NCBI GenBank assembly: GCA_010909165.1
Contig: MU008172.1
Span: 1-64,000, forward strand
Direction of reading: 5' to 3'
Source: Anthoceros angustus
Lineage: Eukaryota; Plantae; Anthocerotophyta
DNA: 64,000 nt
The notes below the pieces were generated by a model. The model ran no database searches and was not told the origin of the DNA. It worked only from the letters and a program-made list of their open reading frames with translations. This document shows, piece by piece, positions 48,931-60,821 of this stretch; position 1 is the first letter of the stretch, and each line of letters opens with the position of its first letter. The position numbers and the translations under genes are program-made.

Positions 48931-49947
48931 ATGGCGCAGGATGAACACAGAGCTTCGCCAGGGCTACAGGTGCAGAAGCACGTGGACTACATCAAATCGT
49001 TGGACAAGAAGACAGATTTTGATTCGATTGTCATGGAACATTTGAGGATGAGCGGAGCGTATTGGGGGCTCACTGCCATGGATTTGCTGGGGAGCTTGGG
49101 TGAGATGGACGAGGCAGCAATAGTCTCCTGGGTTCTCCAGTGTCAGCATGACTGTGGAGGCTTTAGTGGCAATGTTGGTCACGATCCGCACATACTTTAC
49201 ACTCTAAGTGCTGTGCAAATATTAGCTCTTCACAGCAAACTTCACGTTCTGGATGCAGAGAAGACTGCAGGCTACATCTCAGGACTGCAGCAAGATGATG
49301 GATCATTTTCTGGAGATGAATGGGGAGAGATCGATACCCGTTTCTCGTACGCTGCCATAAGCTGTCTTTCCCTTCTGAAGCGGTTGGACAAGATCGATTT
49401 GAAAAAAGCTACGGATTTCGTAGCGAGCTGTAAGAATTTCGACGGTGGTTTTGGGTGCACTCCAGGAGGAGAATCACATGCCGGGCAGATTTTTTGCTGT
49501 GTGGGAGCTCTGGCCATCGCAGGAGCGCTGCATCACGTGGACAGGGATATCCTTGGTTGGTGGTTGTGTGAGAGGCAAGTCAAAGATGGAGGCCTGAATG
49601 GACGACCGGAGAAGCTTCCTGATGTTTGCTACTCATGGTGGGTGCTGTCCAGTTTGGTCATCATTGATCGCGCACACTGGCTGGACAAAGAAAAACTGAA
49701 GAAGTTCATTCTGGATTGTCAGGATGAGGACCGAGGAGGTATTTCGGACCGGCCAAATGATGCTGTAGATGTCTTTCATACCTTTTTTGGGGTTGCAGGG
49801 TTGTCCCTTCTGGAGTATCCTGGCCTTAAACCTATAGATCCAGCTTATGCCCTTCCCGTGGACGTCGTGGACAGAGTGTTTTACGGGAAGCAGCACCAGA
49901 CTGAAGGTGCTAATCTGGCGGAGTCAATTGGCCTGCTGCAAATCTAG
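48931..49947 (+). CDS. RGTB: Geranylgeranyl transferase type-2 (Rab GGTase) beta subunit, intronless
   Basis: [92 protein letters not shown] in one uninterrupted ORF. Confidence 0.97.
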   Translation: MAQDEHRASPGLQVQKHVDYIKSLDKKTDFDSIVMEHLRMSGAYWGLTAMDLLGSLGEMDEAAIVSWVLQCQHDCGGFSGNVGHDPHILYTLSAVQILALHSKLHVLDAEKTAGYISGLQQDDGSFSGDEWGEIDTRFSYAAISCLSLLKRLDKIDLKKATDFVASCKNFDGGFGCTPGGESHAGQIFCCVGALAIAGALHHVDRDILGWWLCERQVKDGGLNGRPEKLPDVCYSWWVLSSLVIIDRAHWLDKEKLKKFILDCQDEDRGGISDRPNDAVDVFHTFFGVAGLSLLEYPGLKPIDPAYALPVDVVDRVFYGKQHQTEGANLAESIGLLQI

Positions 49948-50555
49948 ACTAGAGACACTCTGTGCAGTGTTAAAGCATGCTCGCATTGAGGTGTAGAACA
50001 CTGTGTACAAAAGTTTCAGTGTGCACAAATAAAGTCTGGAGGAGAACATGCTTAGCGTCGTACAGATTTTGTGCAAACAGTTTTGTCTCAATGCTTTGCT
50101 CTGACAATTTGCACACTTAGTAGGTTGAGGCTTTCGATGTTCAGCAGAACAGGCTTTGCTAACTGCAAATGTTTTCGTATACCGCGCGCTTAGATTCTTG
50201 AAACATGTTCACACGACCCCTGGGAACAAGCAAGCCAGTCGAAACATGGCCAGTCGAGTTGGGGCATGCTAAAGCTATTTGAATACAATGTGAAAATCCT
50301 GGAAGCTGGTCCAGATTTAGGAAGATGGGTGAAAGGTGGGGTGGACATCAAAGGATGGTGCAGGTCATAGCATTAGAAAGGGCAACGTGAATCCAGTAAG
50401 CTATGCGATCGAAGCTGAGGAAGCGCAGGGAAGTTCCCGCCAAAGGAATCGAGCCCTGAGCACAGTTTTTGGGCTCCCAAACCACCGTTCCCTGGCCCTC
50501 TCCTGACATCGTGAGTTACATATCGTGTGTTCGTAACACACTGGCCTAAGCAACT

Positions 50556-51857
50556 CTAGTAGCTTACGCCTCTGAGGACACTGTACTGCTCTCGGGTGCA
50601 CAGTGTCTTCTCGACTTTTGCCCAATCCTCTGGCCTTGGCATCAAGATAGCAATGTGGCCTTCTGTAGCTGCCTGCATGCAAGAAATCACACAGGTCAGG
50701 AGTGCTTCGCACAGCCCTGGACGCTGACACACACTTTACTTGCTAGTATCAGAGAATCTTCTACCCTAGTCTTCAGCAAGGATGGATTTTGTATGAGCCG
50801 CTCATTCACTTCCAAAAGGACGCCTCGCACACAACACCTGCATTCCGCGGTTCACTATCACATATTAATGTAATCATCACTAGCACAATGAACTATACGA
50901 CCTACAACGACAAGAGCAGCACGGACCTAGGAAGATAGAAGGTATCGCCTACGACCACCTTGCACAGAACGGAATTGGCTTCCAAAGCACGGCCGTTCTG
51001 TTGTGAGCACATCAGGATGGATACTCAGTGTCGGTACTCCTCGAAAAAACGTACATGTCAGATGACGCAAGCATACCCTTACCTTTTTGTTCTTTCCCGA
51101 AACCTTCATATCCGCCCTGCTCTGCTTGCCTACATTGAAATCCACTTGCTCAATTGAAGTAGTCGGAGATAGGGCAGGGTGGGATGGTGCTAGACCAACC
51201 ACACACAACCTGTGCAGGCGGCTCATCAGCTAATTCCTTTCTCAAACAATTCTCACTTCAATGGTACTACAACTGGTCTGTGATGGAGCGAGGAACACAG
51301 TTGGTGCAGTGAACTGATGGAGGAATCTACCCGTTGGCATGTCGGTATATGTACTGGTCCTGCAACTCCTTGCCAACATCTACACCACAGGGAGCCACAG
51401 CAAGTGAGAACCTAAACTCCCACCAGGAGCTCCTCTTCCAAAACTGCTGCCGTGCAATACCCAGAGCGAAGTAGTGCTTGAAATTGCACTCGTTGGCTGG
51501 TAAGGGCCGTGGTGGCAGCTCCTCTGCTGGCGGGAACAGCGTCTGATTCACAGCTCGCAAATCCGCGTCAAGAGACTGTGTCTTGCTAGGCTGGACAAGC
51601 AGAGCCTTCTCCACCTCCAGCTCCGCCTGGAAAACCTTTTCCGCCGCCGCTTCACAGGATTTCAAAACCGAGTCAGTGATGGCATTCTCAGCCACCGTAT
51701 CGTCAGCGGCTGCATTGTGACCAGACAAAGAATCCGTGTCCTCCCTAGCAGCAGCACCCTCCAAACCGTCATCACACTGGCCATCAGAGGTCATGATCCT
51801 CTCAAGTGCTCCTCGGATCTCCTCAACCTGGTCACAAATTGGAACGACTTGCCGCAT
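50556..51857 (-). CDS. ABITRAM: Abitram / FAM206A (Simiate)-like protein, multi-exon
   Basis: Spliced: FKHYFALD VGKELQDQYIYRHANG LCVVGLAPSHP...VDFNVGK...VSGKNKK NGRALEANSVLCKV...RCCVRGVLLEVNERL...EGHIAILMPRPEDW; start could be 51794. Confidence 0.85.
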
Positions 51858-52305
51858 CGGACACCCTTGTCCCCAACCCGCAGAGTCTCATCTCGGTGCC
51901 CGGAAATCCAACTTAATAACGTCCAAAATGGTGCAAGCACGGATCCTCCTGGCATTTGCTGCAGAGCTGCAGTGCGAGTAGCGGGAACCCTTGGCCTCGA
52001 GAGAACACCTAGAGAGTTGGTCTGATCTAACAGCGATTCGCCCTGCTCATAAGGACGACTCCTTAAAATACCATGTCTCTAATAGGTGCCGGGTCCGCGC
52101 GGGGGAACAACTCAAAAAGTGGGCGCCAAGGTCGGGTCCAGGCCTGAGCGGCCAATTGCAGGGGCCAGGACGTGGAAGCGGATTCGATGGCAAGCACCAC
52201 TGGAGAGTCGGGTTCGAATGGGAAGCACCGTGCCTTGGGAATGCCAGCTCCGTAGCTAGACTGCCCCCATTCTTGAGCTTGGCTTGGTAGGGTTGTTGCG
52301 GCGGG

Positions 52306-55300
52306 ATGGCTGGCGACACAGACATGAGGAGCTGGGCCGATCTGCTGCACAGCTCGTCGCAGCTTCTACATACCTCCACGCCATCAGCCCATTTTCCTTC
52401 TATCCAGGTCGGGTTGGCTGCACCTCTCTCCAGGTCTGTGAGGAATTGGGTGAGTGACTTTAGGTGTTGAGTTCATTTTTTGTGGGACGGATGTGTGGAA
52501 CAGAGAAACCTCGATCAGCTGGAGACACTGTCCAGGCAGCTGAAAGCCAAGACTTCAAGGTTTGAAACTCCTGGGGAGGCGATTGCTGCCACGCGGTATG
52601 TTTCTGCACTCGGTCATGGGAATGCTATTTGGCAAGGATGCTCATTGATTGTGTAATGCTGGGCTGCGCTATTTCAGTTGCGGTAATTGTCTCCAGTGAA
52701 TCACGTGTGTTGCTGTTGCCTCAATTGGATAGGTTGCTAGCTAGGGAGGGTATCAATGCCGACCAGCTTACGAGGGATCTGAAGTCCTTTGAATTGAAGG
52801 TATTCTGCTACTGGCACTAGAATGTCCAGCAGAACTTCTATTGTTGCTTTCTTCTCTGTATATTCAGCTTAGCCTGTTTGTGCAGACAACCTTCGAGGAT
52901 GTTTTCCCTGTCGAAGCAACCAGTGTGGAAGAATATCTCCAGCAGGTGCATGAGATGTCAGATACTCTCGGTTTTTGTAATTCAATTATGGGACAACTGA
53001 GGGGTGGCTGTATACGTGTGCCCGTGTAACAGGTGCATGAGATGGCTGTGCTATCTGCGATTCAAGAAGCTCAGCGGGACAACCAAAGAAAATTTGATGA
53101 ATACATGATGAAATCAATTGAGGTTTGGCTTGTCGTTGTTCATGAGATTGGGTCCAGGATTTTCCCTGTCCTTTATTCAGAGGAGATACAGTGGGGAGTG
53201 CCTTTGATCAGGATGACTGTCATGATTTTCCCCCAGGATGACTGGCAAAAGGATAAGCGTGAGTTTTTGAACAACCTCAGTCGACTCCCTTTTGCCCCCA
53301 CCCCAAGAATTGCCAATTCGCCCTCTGGTGCCTCACCCCAGGTTGGCTGGCGCCCATCTCCAGCACCTTCAACCAGGTCAGGCCAGGAGGCCAGGGTGCA
53401 GGAATTGGTGCCGCAGACAATTTTAGATCGGAAGGCGGGTGCTTATGCTGATATAGTTCTCAGACTGAATGCGGCTCGTGAAAGAGGCCTTCCATTCAAA
53501 GTATTGTGATATCACCCTTTTGGGTTTTCTGCCATCCGCATCTTGATCTACTTGGGTCTTGACAGATGAAGAACTATCTGCATTCTCCCATTCAACATAG
53601 TGATACCTGTCCTGTAGGTTGCCTCTGCATTTAAGGCAGCTTCTGAAAGTCTTGTGGCCGAGGTTTCATCTTCAAAATCCGTGAGCATTGGCAAAATTTG
53701 GAATCTTCTTCAGGTACCAACAGGATTAGGAACAACTAGATTACCTTCTACACTAAATTTAAATCTCTTTTGCACTATCCTATTTGGCACTCCACTTTTT
53801 TTTAATATTTACTGACCAGTGTAACTCTTCTGCCAGTCTCTCTTGGGTGAGGACACTGAAAGGCACTCAGGTCTGTCAAGAAAAATGGAAATGGTTGTGG
53901 GTGCAAGAAGGCATTTAGAAGCAGGCCATGAGAAGTATGTGTTGGACACGATACAAAGCCATCCTGCACAGGTGATGAGAGCCTGATCCTTACGGGTTCC
54001 ATCATCTGTATCTGCAGGATTTGTTGTGAAGGATGCAATGTTGTTTGCTTATCTGACTGACAGAAGGCATAAATCTCTTATGGTGTAAAGTCATGGTGTT
54101 TCTGTCTGAAATTTGTTTGGATTTGGTGTCAGGCTGCTCTTGGCGGGTCCACAGGTAATCTGCAACGTATTCGGGCATTTCTACGGGTTAGTCTATCACT
54201 GCAAAAGATATCATCAAAAGTGTGAACTATATGAGTCCAGTACTGATATTTTCATGTTGTGGGCAGTTCCGTCTGCGTGACCTTGGACCCCTGGACTTCG
54301 ATGCAACAGATATGAGGAGGCAACCAGCAATGGACACAACTTGGTACCAGGTGTGTTAGTTTTTCCATGAACTAAGGAATGGCAGATATGTACAACATAC
54401 GGTAGTAGCCTTCTGCCTGTTGGAGCACGTGGGATGGTGGGCAGTGATGTGCTGTTTACCTGTAGATATATTTTTGCCTGCGTACTGGATATTACGAGGA
54501 AGCAACTCTTGTGGCGAATTCCTCAAGAGTCAGCCGTACCTTTGCACCCCAGGTACATCTCCTGTTACTTTCTGCTGCAGACTTCTTCATGAACTCATAG
54601 ATTCAGCACCCTGAACTTCTTGGTGAACTGCCTCCTGATTGTGTGAGTTTCTAAACAGCTGTCGGAGTGGATTAATAGTGGAGGGTTAGTTTCTCCTGCG
54701 ACCGCAGCTGCAGTTTCAGAGGAATGTGATAGAATGTACAGAACTGGGGATAGGGCAGGTCGACCTGGGTATGATAAGAAAAAGATGCTGCTGCACGCAA
54801 TTGTCTCTGGTAGTAGACAGCAGGGCGAAAGGCTGCTGCGAGACATTCCTGTGCTCTTCAGCACAATTGAGGATTTTCTGTGGTTCAAGCTGGCCATGAT
54901 CCGTGATGTTGATGGCAGCTCAGACTTTCAGGCTGGACTAACTGGGTTGACACCGTACACCTTAAAGGATCTGCAGAGCTACCTGGTCAAATTTGAGCCA
55001 TCATACTACACAAAGAATGGGAAGGATCCATTGGTCTATCCCTATGTGTTGCTCCTCAGCCTTCAGCTTCAAAGTGCTGTATCTTACCTTGTGAAGGAGG
55101 TTGGAGCAGAAGGTTATCACGTGGATGCAGTGCACATTGCCATTGCCATTGCGGATCATGGGGTTCTGTCTGAAAGCACAGCAGGAACTCGGAATGCAGG
55201 AGTGCTTGATGCCGTTGGAGAGGTGACAAGCATGATCAGGCACTATGGTGCATCATTGGTAAGGCAGGGAAATGTAGCATTGGCTTTGGAATACTATGCT

Positions 55301-56436
55301 CAAGCTGCTGCAGCCATGGGTGGTGGAGCTCGTGGATGGAGTGGACAAGGCAGTGCAGAGGAGCAGAGACAGATGCAAATGATGCTCAAGCAGCTTCTAA
55401 CAGAACTCTTGCTTCGTGAGGGTGGAATTCCCCTTCTCCTTGGTCCATCAAGCACTGGTTCTGAAGGAGCTCTTCGAAGGTTTCTGCCCACACAACAAGG
55501 CCAACAGAGTCTGCTGCTTGATGCAGCTCGTCAATGTCAAGAGTCTGGCCACTATGACAAGGTATCATGTTGTGTTGGTCTGAGGCAACGTTCCATGAGG
55601 GCCTTTCTTTCCCACACAAGCCCCCCCCCCCTCTTTTTTTTCCTTCTTTTTTCTGCGTGTCCTGATTCTGAGGAGGTTCTAGAGTAAAGATTGATGTCTT
55701 CTCTGCTGATGTAGGCAATTGAACTGCTGAAACGCATCGGTGCATTTGCAATGGCTCTAGATATTGTAAATCAGCGTCTTTCAGAGGCAATTGCCGGACT
55801 GGCCAATGGCCGGGCAGATGGTGAATCAAGAACAGTCTCTTTAATCTTTGCAGGTCGTGATATCCTGGATACTCACAAGAATGTCGGTGCCGGCAGGTTG
55901 GTGACTTCCCGTTCATGGGTGCTAGTTCTGGGTGTCTAGATGCAGCGTCGTTTTTTATGCCTGGCCTCGTTTGATCAATGCAGCTCACAGGAAAGAGAGC
56001 AAATGTTTGAACAGCAGACAGCTTTCCGTCAATTGGAATCAATTCTTGCTTTCCACAAGTATGCCAAAAGTGGTCAATACAGCGACTCGATTAGGGAGCT
56101 CTCAAGGCTTTCGTTTCTGCCACTGGATTCACGGACTCCAGAGAGGAGTGCTGACGCCCTTCGGAACATGTCCTCATCTGTACAAGCAACTGTGCCAGAC
56201 CTTCTTAAGGTGGCTATCGATTGCCTGGAGCACCTAACAGATACAGACGGAAGCGTGAGATCACTCAAGTCCAAGGTATACCACATCACATGCACTACTA
56301 TTTCTGTTGTCTTGCAATTTCTCTTCGGTGACCTGAGATCTGCGCCTGTGGTCCACAGATAGCGAGTTTTGTAGCTAATTCACTACCGAGAAACTGGCCT
56401 CACGATCTGTACGAACGAGTTGCCCGAATGCTTTGA
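52306..56436 (+). CDS. NUP93: Nuclear pore complex protein NUP93/NIC96 (multi-exon)
   Basis: MAGDTDMRSWADLLHSSSQLL / RNLDQLE / LLAREGINADQL / TTFEDVFPVEATSVEEYLQQ / TIEDFLWFKL / YTKNGKDPLVYPYVLLLSLQL / RNWPHDLYERVARML*. Confidence 0.95.
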
Positions 56437-56514
56437 GCTAGGAATAGTATGCCAAGTCTGCTAGATTACGAGGGAGGGGAAGAAGCGGAGTCCTTTTAGT
56501 GGACCTTCTTGTGT

Positions 56515-57657
56515 TCAACTGTGGCCAGACCTCTCCTTGGCTTCATCCTTTGCGGCGGTCTTGTGCCGACCAGAGATATCTCTTCTGAAGGCCTTGTACA
56601 GGTCCATGCCTAGCCCATAATTTAGCATGTTGAGAACGATCATGCCCATGAGTGCCAGTGGCAGTTCAATTCCTTGAGGAAACAAGGCAGCATCCTTCAC
56701 TAGCTTCCAGGTAATGAGCGCGTGGGGCAGCAACCTAAACAGGAAGAAAGTCGTCCAATTGACGAACCACAGCAAATTTGCCGTTGCAGTCCCACCAGTT
56801 CTAAGCCCGGCTAGTTTCGCTACCTTCCGTTGGTGTAGCAAGATTGAATGTACCTGGACAGCATCATCACAGCGATGGGTTGAAAGACAGGATTTCAGAT
56901 CCCTCTGCACAACAGCTTTCACAATTGAAGCTCACCTCGCAGATGAGAGTGAGAGCAAGATAGTTGAGGGTGACGTCTCGCCGGAGAGCCAGCGTGAAAC
57001 ACAGCAGGAGCACGGCGTGATGGAGCAGAATGCTGGGAAATTTGGGACTGTAGAGCCGGAACTGAAGCATATCCCACTGATCATACGCGAAGTATCCGCT
57101 AGTGAAACACAGCAGCTTGAAAATGCCCGGCCAGCATCCAGCAAACAGTTGCTGGTGCTGCATCATACCCGATGTACCACTTCTGCTCCACTCCGTCACC
57201 AGCAACACCGACACTGCAATCTTACGGTTCAGCAAAAGGGCATCACTTCCTCTGCCTACTGCATGGCGAAGTTTCAACCAAAATGCAGAGAACAGGTAAT
57301 CCTCGTACCTGACATCCCGACAATGGACGAGTGCAGCAAGGAGACCCCCGTGTTAACAAAAAGCGGCCCATTCCCTTGAGCTAGCCCCCGCAAGCAGCCG
57401 GGTCTACTCTCCACAACCCCAGCCAAAAACCTATTGGCGCCTTGAAAACAGCCGATCCCTGCCAGAATGGGCCATAGCCGGGCACTCCCATTGCACACGT
57501 CCCACAACAACCAGGCCAGCCAGAGCAGATGCAGCAGGAGAAAGACACTCCCAGCCAAATCCAAATCCTTCAGCTGCGTCCGTTGCAGGGACAGCCGAAC
57601 ATGCGTAGCCTTGGGATCGGGGTGTCCCCCGCGCTGCCTGATCCTCGCATCCACCAT
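56515..57657 (-). CDS. TLC (TRAM/LAG1/CLN8) domain membrane protein, three exons
   Basis: NTGVSLLHSSI / CFTSGYFAYDQWDML...SILLHHAVLLLCF...LTLICE / VHSILLHQRK...FFLFRLLPH; start codon uncertain. Confidence 0.85.
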
Positions 57658-57906
57658 CGGGAATCGAGGCGCCGCCAAGTGGTACGCCTGCTCTGCTCGT
57701 CTCCATCCCCTTTTCTCCGTGCAACAGTTCATCACCAACCAGGTCCCGGGAACCGGAGAAAGCCGGTTTTTCAGCGACGCGGGCATCACACTGAACAGCA
57801 ACACGTACCTTACCGCTTCCCTGTTTCACTTCACAGTGTGAAACCCTGGGTTCATTCCGTGGCTGACCACGAGTGTATGCGTAATTTCTCGAAGAAGGCG
57901 GCGGCT

Positions 57907-59366
57907 ATGGCGGCAGAGCACTGCCGGCGCATGCGGCTCTACCTGGTAGACGAAGAAGAGGCATGCGGAGGTGGGGCCGGGCCGCACCGTTGCGAGAGTG
58001 AGCGGGACATGCAACGAGCTGCCAGAGGAGGTGCTGGAGTTGGTGCTGGCGAGGCTTCCTGCGAAAGCCATCGGCCGATTGCGTGCGGTTTTGCAAATCC
58101 TGGCGCCGGCTTCTGTGCTCCTCCGAGTTCCGGGGGCACAGTACGGCGCTTGCCCTGGCATTGCGAGCTCCCACCTTTCTGCTGGGACTCAATGCGCTCG
58201 GGGTGGCGGATAACCCGTCCGGCCGACACGCCTACAAGATACACGACGTGGAGTTGGACTTCCTGCCCGAAGAAGTTGTTTCGGTCTGCTTCTTCCGCTC
58301 GCAGAGCCAGTATGATGTGGTGTGCTCGGGGAGCGGTCTCCTGTGCTTGGTGCACAGGCCGGGTTACCTCAGCCTCGGCCCGGGGTCCCTCAGCGTCTGC
58401 CTGGTGAACTTGGCGAACAAGACATGGGACAAACGGCCCTTGCTGGAGGCGGTGAGCGACTGTCACAAAGTGATGCTGGAGGTAACCCCGCCGGCGGATG
58501 GAGAAATTGGGCGGTACGATTTTCAGGCGGGAGTCTTTTGGATGGCGGGCAGCCACCCCATGTTGGGAGTGTGTTCCGGGAATGGCGGCAGTGGGGCCAT
58601 CTTGCGTCTCCGGCTTCCCAGGGACCTGGTACACGGTTGCTTCATAGCCTCCCCGGCAATTCTCCAGGGTGTGATGTCGGTCCTCTTCTCAAATCCATGC
58701 AGGGGGGGGCTTGAGAATAAGCTTGTGGCTTTCGATGTGGCAACTGGAAGGCATGTTGGGACCTGGAATGCGCCCCAAGCTCTGCCCCTGCTCAGGCCCC
58801 GGCGCGGCCAGAGCCATCGCCTGTGTGTGCATCAAGGGAAGATTGTGTGGGTTTTGCAGTCTGCTGCCAGGAATGTGGACGTGTGGATGATGGATTTTTT
58901 CACACAAACCTGGATCTGGTTCTCGGCTTTTCCAGAGTCCCGCTTTTTTCAACCTGGTGAGAGCTTTTGTCTCCGCGACGCACAGACCGCTGGCGACATG
59001 CTTTATCTTGCCTTCAGGGTCTCGCTCCTGACTGTATGGCCATATGATGATGCGTTGGAGGGGCAGTATCCCAGAGGTGAGTTCGACGGGCTGTTTCCCA
59101 GAGGCAAGTTTCGCAGAGCAGTCATTGTGGGGTACCATATTTACTTCAATCCATGGCACACCATTGCAGAAGACTTTTGGGATGTTTCCAGAAACAGAGG
59201 CAGGGCGAGCGAACCGTATTGTCGCAGGCCAGTGGAGGCCCGAACTTTACCTGCAAGGACGATATTAGTCTCGTCCGTTTCTGGGCACCACGTAAAGGAA
59301 GGCCGTCTTGTCAGTGCCGTGAAGCTGGCGGCATGGGGCATATATCCCCCCTCATGGAACATGTGA
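57907..59366 (+). pseudogene. F-box protein gene with a frameshift inside the F-box (possible pseudogene or sequencing error)
   Basis: NELPEEVLELVLARLPAKAIGRLRAV in one frame continues as CKSWRRLLCSSEF in another; extra T in tttt at 58089-58092; F-box frame has no upstream ATG. Confidence 0.8.
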
Positions 59367-60507
59367 TGCTTCCTCCTACGCGCGTGGTTTGTCAAAGCCA
59401 GATGGGAGGGCAGACTAGCATAACATGATGCTCTGGTTTGACCTTTTGCGTGTCCATCTGACAGGTCAGAATGGCATGAAGCTGGCGTCATAATATTTTA
59501 GCAATCCACACTACCAGCTCCTCAACTCCTTCCTGTTCAGAATCTATGCCTGGGCAACTGCTTCTGGTGATCCAGCATCCCATTATCCATGCTTGGAAGT
59601 GGCCGGGACTTTTTACTGGGCGTTTGATTGAGGCTGATTATAAGTTCTGCACAGCTCTCAAGGAGAGTACCCCTTCGTTCGTAAGCCCTAAACCCTTGAA
59701 AGTGAGGCCCACCGGCTGTCAAGGACAGAATCCGTGTGTTCTTGAAAGTGAGGCCCACCAGATTTGCGGATCAGTGTCTCGGCCAGCCAGCGGGTGGCTT
59801 CCCGGTAGCTATGCCGCACCCAGGAGCTCTCCCACTGCACAATCCTATGCTTGCGCTTCACCGGGGCCATTACATGTGTTGGGTGCCCGCAGCCCATCTA
59901 GCCCTTTGCACGGCAGCAGGCAGGCGGGCCGCTTCCTAGCGCTCAGGAGTCACATTACGCTGCTCCCATTGCACTGGGCCTGCATCCTGGGGGGGGGTTT
60001 TGTACTCGCGCACGAGAAGCGTCACTGTTGTGCTGCTTGGCAATTGTGGATTTACATATCCAAAGTACGGGTGGAAATTGAAAGAATGAAAACATCCGAA
60101 GACCTACTTTGTTAATCCCGATGCCGGAATTCGAGCTCGAGACGCTCGGGTGAGAGTTCGGAGTGGTTGACAAAAGGCCCTGGCCGCCATGGATTGAACT
60201 CTGTTGAAAGTTATCTTCCTCGTCACTTGGGTTGAAACCTTGCTGCTGGAGCATGCCATGCTTCGGGATTGTTGCTCAGAGGAGGTGCAGACTTATTACC
60301 TCAAAGGTGGGAAACCCTGCACTTTTGCTGGCCTCGAGAATTGGAACAGACGAAATGAGCACTACACATTCTCCGACGAGTAGCACTGCTCTCCTGCGGC
60401 CAAGAAACGGATCCACCTTCCGTTGATGTAGCAAAATTGAATCTTACAGTACCTGGACAGCGTTTGCATACGGATGAGATCCGTCCGCACTGCAGGTACG
60501 CAAAGTG

Positions 60508-60702
60508 GAGCTGACCTCACAGATGAGGATGAGAGCAAGAAAGTTGAGGGTGACGTCACGCCGGAGAGCCAGTGTGAAACACAGCACAAGCACGCCGTGA
60601 TGGAGTGGAATGCTGGGGAATTTGAGATTGCAGAGTCGGTACTGAAGCATATCCCACTGATCATAAGCGAAGAATCCGCCAGATAAACACAGCAGCTTCA
60701 AA
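60508..60702 (-). pseudogene. Duplicated middle exon of the TLC gene
   Basis: KLLCLSGGFFAYDQWDMLQYRL...PLHHGVLVLCFTLALRRDVTLNFLALILICE aligns with 56928-57123 including the donor site. Confidence 0.9.
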
Positions 60703-60821
60703 TATGGCAGGATCCCTGCAACGCAGTCGATGGCTGGAGCGGGTTATCCATTCTTCAAAACATTGGTCAGAAGTCAGGATTATGTCACAAGGGAAGCAGC
60801 ATATGAATGCGCCGCTCGCTC

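Noticed and set aside
51380-51460. In-frame stop-free introns in Abitram (81 nt) and NUP93 (53123-53236, 114 nt) as exitrons
   Set aside because: Short 3n stop-free introns arise by chance; homologues lack the inserted residues; no expression evidence
59700-59950. Possible degenerate F-box gene fragment (VFLKVRP vs VMLEVTP)
   Set aside because: Similarity too weak to support by eye
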